Source: Takakia lepidozioides
Taxonomy: Eukaryota; Plantae; Bryophyta
Length of the DNA stretch: 64,000 bases
Assembly (NCBI GenBank): GCA_030704615.1
Contig: CM060732.1
Coordinates: 60,822,001 to 60,886,000 of the forward strand
Reading direction: 5' to 3'
Shown here: piece after piece, positions 61,205 to 64,000 of the stretch
Position numbering within the stretch: position 1 is the first letter of the stretch
How the letters are laid out: each line of letters begins with the position of its first letter
Made by a program: the position numbers and the translations under genes
Notes under the pieces: generated by a model
The model's input: the letters and a program-made list of their open reading frames with translations, nothing else
Told to the model about the DNA's origin: nothing
Database searches by the model: none

Positions 61205-61814
61205 GCATGGTGGTATATCCTTCATAAGGTTGTTCCTGTCACATTCAACATTGAAAAAATTCATACAACAGTATTTAGGTTGTGCTGATGCATTCAAGTG
61301 ACATAGTTATCCCTCCGAGATGTTATAGTTCTTAATTCTTCTACAAAGATTTCAAGTGACCCATCTTCGTTTAACTAATATGGCGGTTTATCCTCCAGAA
61401 GGTTGTTCCTCTCAGATTCCGCATTGAAAAAATCCAAATAACAATATTTATCTTAGAAAAGGTTCTTCCTTCTCAATTCTTTATTAAGAGGTTATATCCA
61501 AGATTTAATCGAATTGTTTTTTGCGCTCAATAGTTTAAGATATGCTAAACAAACATTTTACGTTTTACGGGCCAGAGCCCCAGCCTGGGCGGGTAGGCTG
61601 GGGCTGGCAAGGTGTTGGCGGGCCCGCCAAGAGCTTGAAGTTTTGCCATTTTGGAGCCAATGGAGAGGGGTGCGGGCCCATATGTGCCCCAAGCCAGTGG
61701 GGGACAAGGGAGCCACAGTCACGACGTGGCTACCGAAAATTTGCGGGCGTCAACATGTGACGATTTTTCGCCATAAGAAAGATACTAATAACCAGGGACA
61801 TATATATATATATA

Positions 61815-62135
61815 TATATATATGGAAGACAATAGGAATAATGTAAGAACTTAATGGATGCTTGCGATCTGACAGTACTTTCGCAGGATTCCAGCAGCCT
61901 GGGCTCCTCTGGCGGGGCCCCTGTCAAATCCTCCCCATCCCCTCTTATCTCGGTTTCACTCTTAAATACTTCTCTTGTAGTGTAACCCGTGTAACCCCCT
62001 ATCTACCATTCAGTTCCATGTCACTCTCAAGAGAGGGTGGGAAAGATTTGACATGCCGGAAACCAGCATACAATCCTGTCATGCACGTGTGCATTGAGTT
62101 CTTACATTATTCCTATTATCTTCTGTATGTATATA
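61815..62135. mobile_element. MITE flanked by (TA)n/AT-rich tracts
   Basis: Inverted ends GAAGACAATAGGAATAATGTAAGAACTTAATG / CATTGAGTTCTTACATTATTCCTATTATCTTC, with a further end copy at ~62385-62470. Confidence 0.55.
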
Positions 62136-62479
62136 AATATAAATATAAATATAAATATATAAATATATAAAGGAACACATGGGAGCGACAGCTCACAAAT
62201 CAGTATATATATTATGCCCCAATTTGGAGCTTCTTTTGATTCTTGTAAATTTTACCTCTAAAAGGGATATTTTGGTCTATAAAGGTCTGATCCTTAGGGA
62301 ATATTTGTTAAAATACATTCATTTTCTCTTAATAATTCAACTTGTAAGAATAATAATAATGATAATATGGTTGTAGTATATATATACGAAGACAAATGAT
62401 AGGAATAATGGTTTCTTTTTATTTAAAAAATAATAATAATGTAAGAACTTAATGGACGCTATGCGATCTGTTCGTATTC

Positions 62480-63262
62480 TAGGGACAACTGAAGGTGGGA
62501 GACTAGTTTAGCATAGAGTGAGAATAGGGTGCCATAGCGCCACGTCATCATAGACACATCATCATTGCCACATCGTCATCATCAGCCACATCATCATAGA
62601 CATGTCATCATCACCACATCGTCGTCAACCACTTCATCGGAGACACGTCATCATCGCCATGTCATCGTCGTCAGCCACATCTTCGTCGTCGTTTTTCTTA
62701 AGAACCTACCCGGACTGCCCGAAAAAACCAAAAAAAAGTTCTCCGATCTTCGTGGAGGTGTTGAGTGCTCACCTCGGTTTCACTATTATTCTAGCAAGGA
62801 CCGAAGCTCGGAGACTAGTTTAGCGTACAGCGGGAATAGGGTGCTATAGCACCATGTCATCATTGCCACGTCATTGTCATCAGCCACATCATCATAGACA
62901 CATAATTGTCACCACGTCGTCGTGGTTGTTTTTCTTAAGAACCTGCCCGGATTGCCCGAAAAACCCAAGAAAAAAGTTCTCCAATTTACGTGGAGGTGTT
63001 GAGTGCCTAGTGCTTACCTTGATTTCACTATTATTCTAGCAACGGCTGAAGGTCGGGGACTAATTTAGCGTAGAGCAGGAATAGGGTGCCATAGCGCCAC
63101 ATCATCATAGACATGTCATCGTTGCCACGTCATCGCATACACGTCATCGTCGCCACGGCGTCGTCTTCAGCCACGTCATCGTCGTCGTTTTTCTGAAGAA
63201 CCTGCCGGGACTGCCCAATAAAACCGAAAAAAAGTTCTCGGATTTTCGTGGAGGTGTTGAGT
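62480..63262. repeat. Three tandem ~250-310-bp units with internal CAT/CGT-rich microrepeats
   Basis: GACTAGTTTAGC..GAATAGGGTGCCATAGCGCCAC..AAGAACCT.CCCGGACTGCCCGAAAAA..CGTGGAGGTGTTGAGTG occurs three times. Confidence 0.85.
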
Positions 63263-63308
63263 GTTGAGCCTTTTGATGGGCAGCGTATGGTCCGACACAT
63301 ACAGAGAG

Positions 63309-63400
63309 AATGTACTCGTAAGGCAGTGCTTGCTCAGTCCCATCGACCCTGTGGCTAGCAAAGGAAATAAATGCTGCCTTTGTGAGGGGCTTACTCCATC
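63309..63400 (-). mobile_element. Diverged LINE 3'-end relative next to GAGAGA
   Basis: ATGTACTCGTAAG...GACCC...CCTTTGTGAGGGGCT resembles the 17510-17625 family. Confidence 0.45.
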
Positions 63401-63411
63401 GTCGTCGTCAT

Positions 63412-64000
63412 CGTCTGTGCCAGCCTTGGAAACCTGGAAAAGGGCAAAGACGTCCATGGTTGCATCCTCAAAGCTGGATTTTGCCAGATATTGTTTAAGA
63501 GGCTGTCCTCGCTGACATGTATGCCAACTGCGGGAGCATGCAGCATGCAATATGGCTCAACGAAATGTGGTCTCCTGGAACAGCATGATCGCAGGATATG
63601 CTCAACATGGGTGAGGAATGGAGGCTCTTGAGATCTATGACCAAATGCAACAGGCAGGGGTGATGCCCGGCAGGGTGACGTTACGTGTGTGCTCAATGCG
63701 TGTGGTAGGCTAGGGGCCCTGGAAAAGGGCGAAGAGGCGCATGCTCACATCATCAAAGCTGGAATTTTGCAAGACATCTTTCTGGAGACTGCCCTGGTCG
63801 AAATGTACGCCAAATATGGGAGCACGAAGGATGCACTAAAAGTATTTGACAAATTGGTTGAACGGGATGTGGTTTCCTAGAACGTCGTGATAGCGGGATA
63901 TGCCCAGCAGAGGCCATTAAAATCTATGATAGTATCCAACAGGAAGGTGTGATGCCCGACAGGGTCACGTTCATAATTTGTGTTCTCAATGCTTCTGCCA
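63412..64000 (+). pseudogene. PLS-PPR pseudogene fragment running off the window end
   Basis: LEKGKDVHGCILKAG..., LNACGRLGALEKGEEAHAHIIKAG...DVVS*, with stops and frameshifts. Confidence 0.85.

Larger units (their letters stand above)
46145..61749. mobile_element. Large composite Mutator-like element bounded by degenerate long inverted repeats
   Basis: 46145-46360 is an imperfect reverse complement of 61585-61749 (CGCCCGC.AATTTT.GGTAGCCA..GGCTCCCTTGTCCCCCA..CCAAAATGGCAAA..CCTACCCGCCCAG). The interval encloses a SWIM/MULE transposase. No TSD found. Confidence 0.55.

Noticed and set aside
46100-61982. CACTA element (CACTACAAAAA at 46100, CTTGTAGTG ending 61982)
   Set aside because: The flanking 3-mers differ (TGT vs TAA), the match is very short, and no CACTA transposase is present.
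62565-63039. His/Ser-rich small ORFs
   Set aside because: Translations of CAT/CGT microrepeats inside the tandem repeat units.

Overview
Eukaryotic nuclear DNA from a land plant, probably a non-seed plant (inferred from the abundant PLS-DYW PPR genes, the Tcn1-type chromovirus and the GT-AG introns). The left 40 kb is gene-rich. It holds two intact PLS-class PPR-E-DYW RNA-editing factor ORFs (5345-7402, 12011-15277), two tandem 6-exon UBC4/5/6-type E2 genes, a 7-exon violaxanthin de-epoxidase gene and a 4-exon mitochondrial ALDH2B gene, all on the minus strand, plus PPR, DYW and BTB pseudogene fragments. The right 24 kb is a nest of transposons: MITEs, satellites, a solo LTR, and a ~15.6-kb segment bounded by inverted repeats. 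That segment contains a decayed non-RD protein kinase gene, a decayed RING-finger ORF, a truncated chromovirus, a SWIM/MULE transposase and a tRNA-derived SINE. Most notable: (1) three intron-split OSB-type PDF (ssDNA-binding) motifs lie directly upstream of the first PPR-DYW ORF, the last one in frame with it, implying a PDF-PPR-DYW deaminase fusion architecture; (2) a kinase + RING unit with a phased palindromic array sits inside a large Mutator-like element; (3) a LINE family inserts repeatedly at (GA/TC)n microsatellites. All calls come from manual reading, without database searches.
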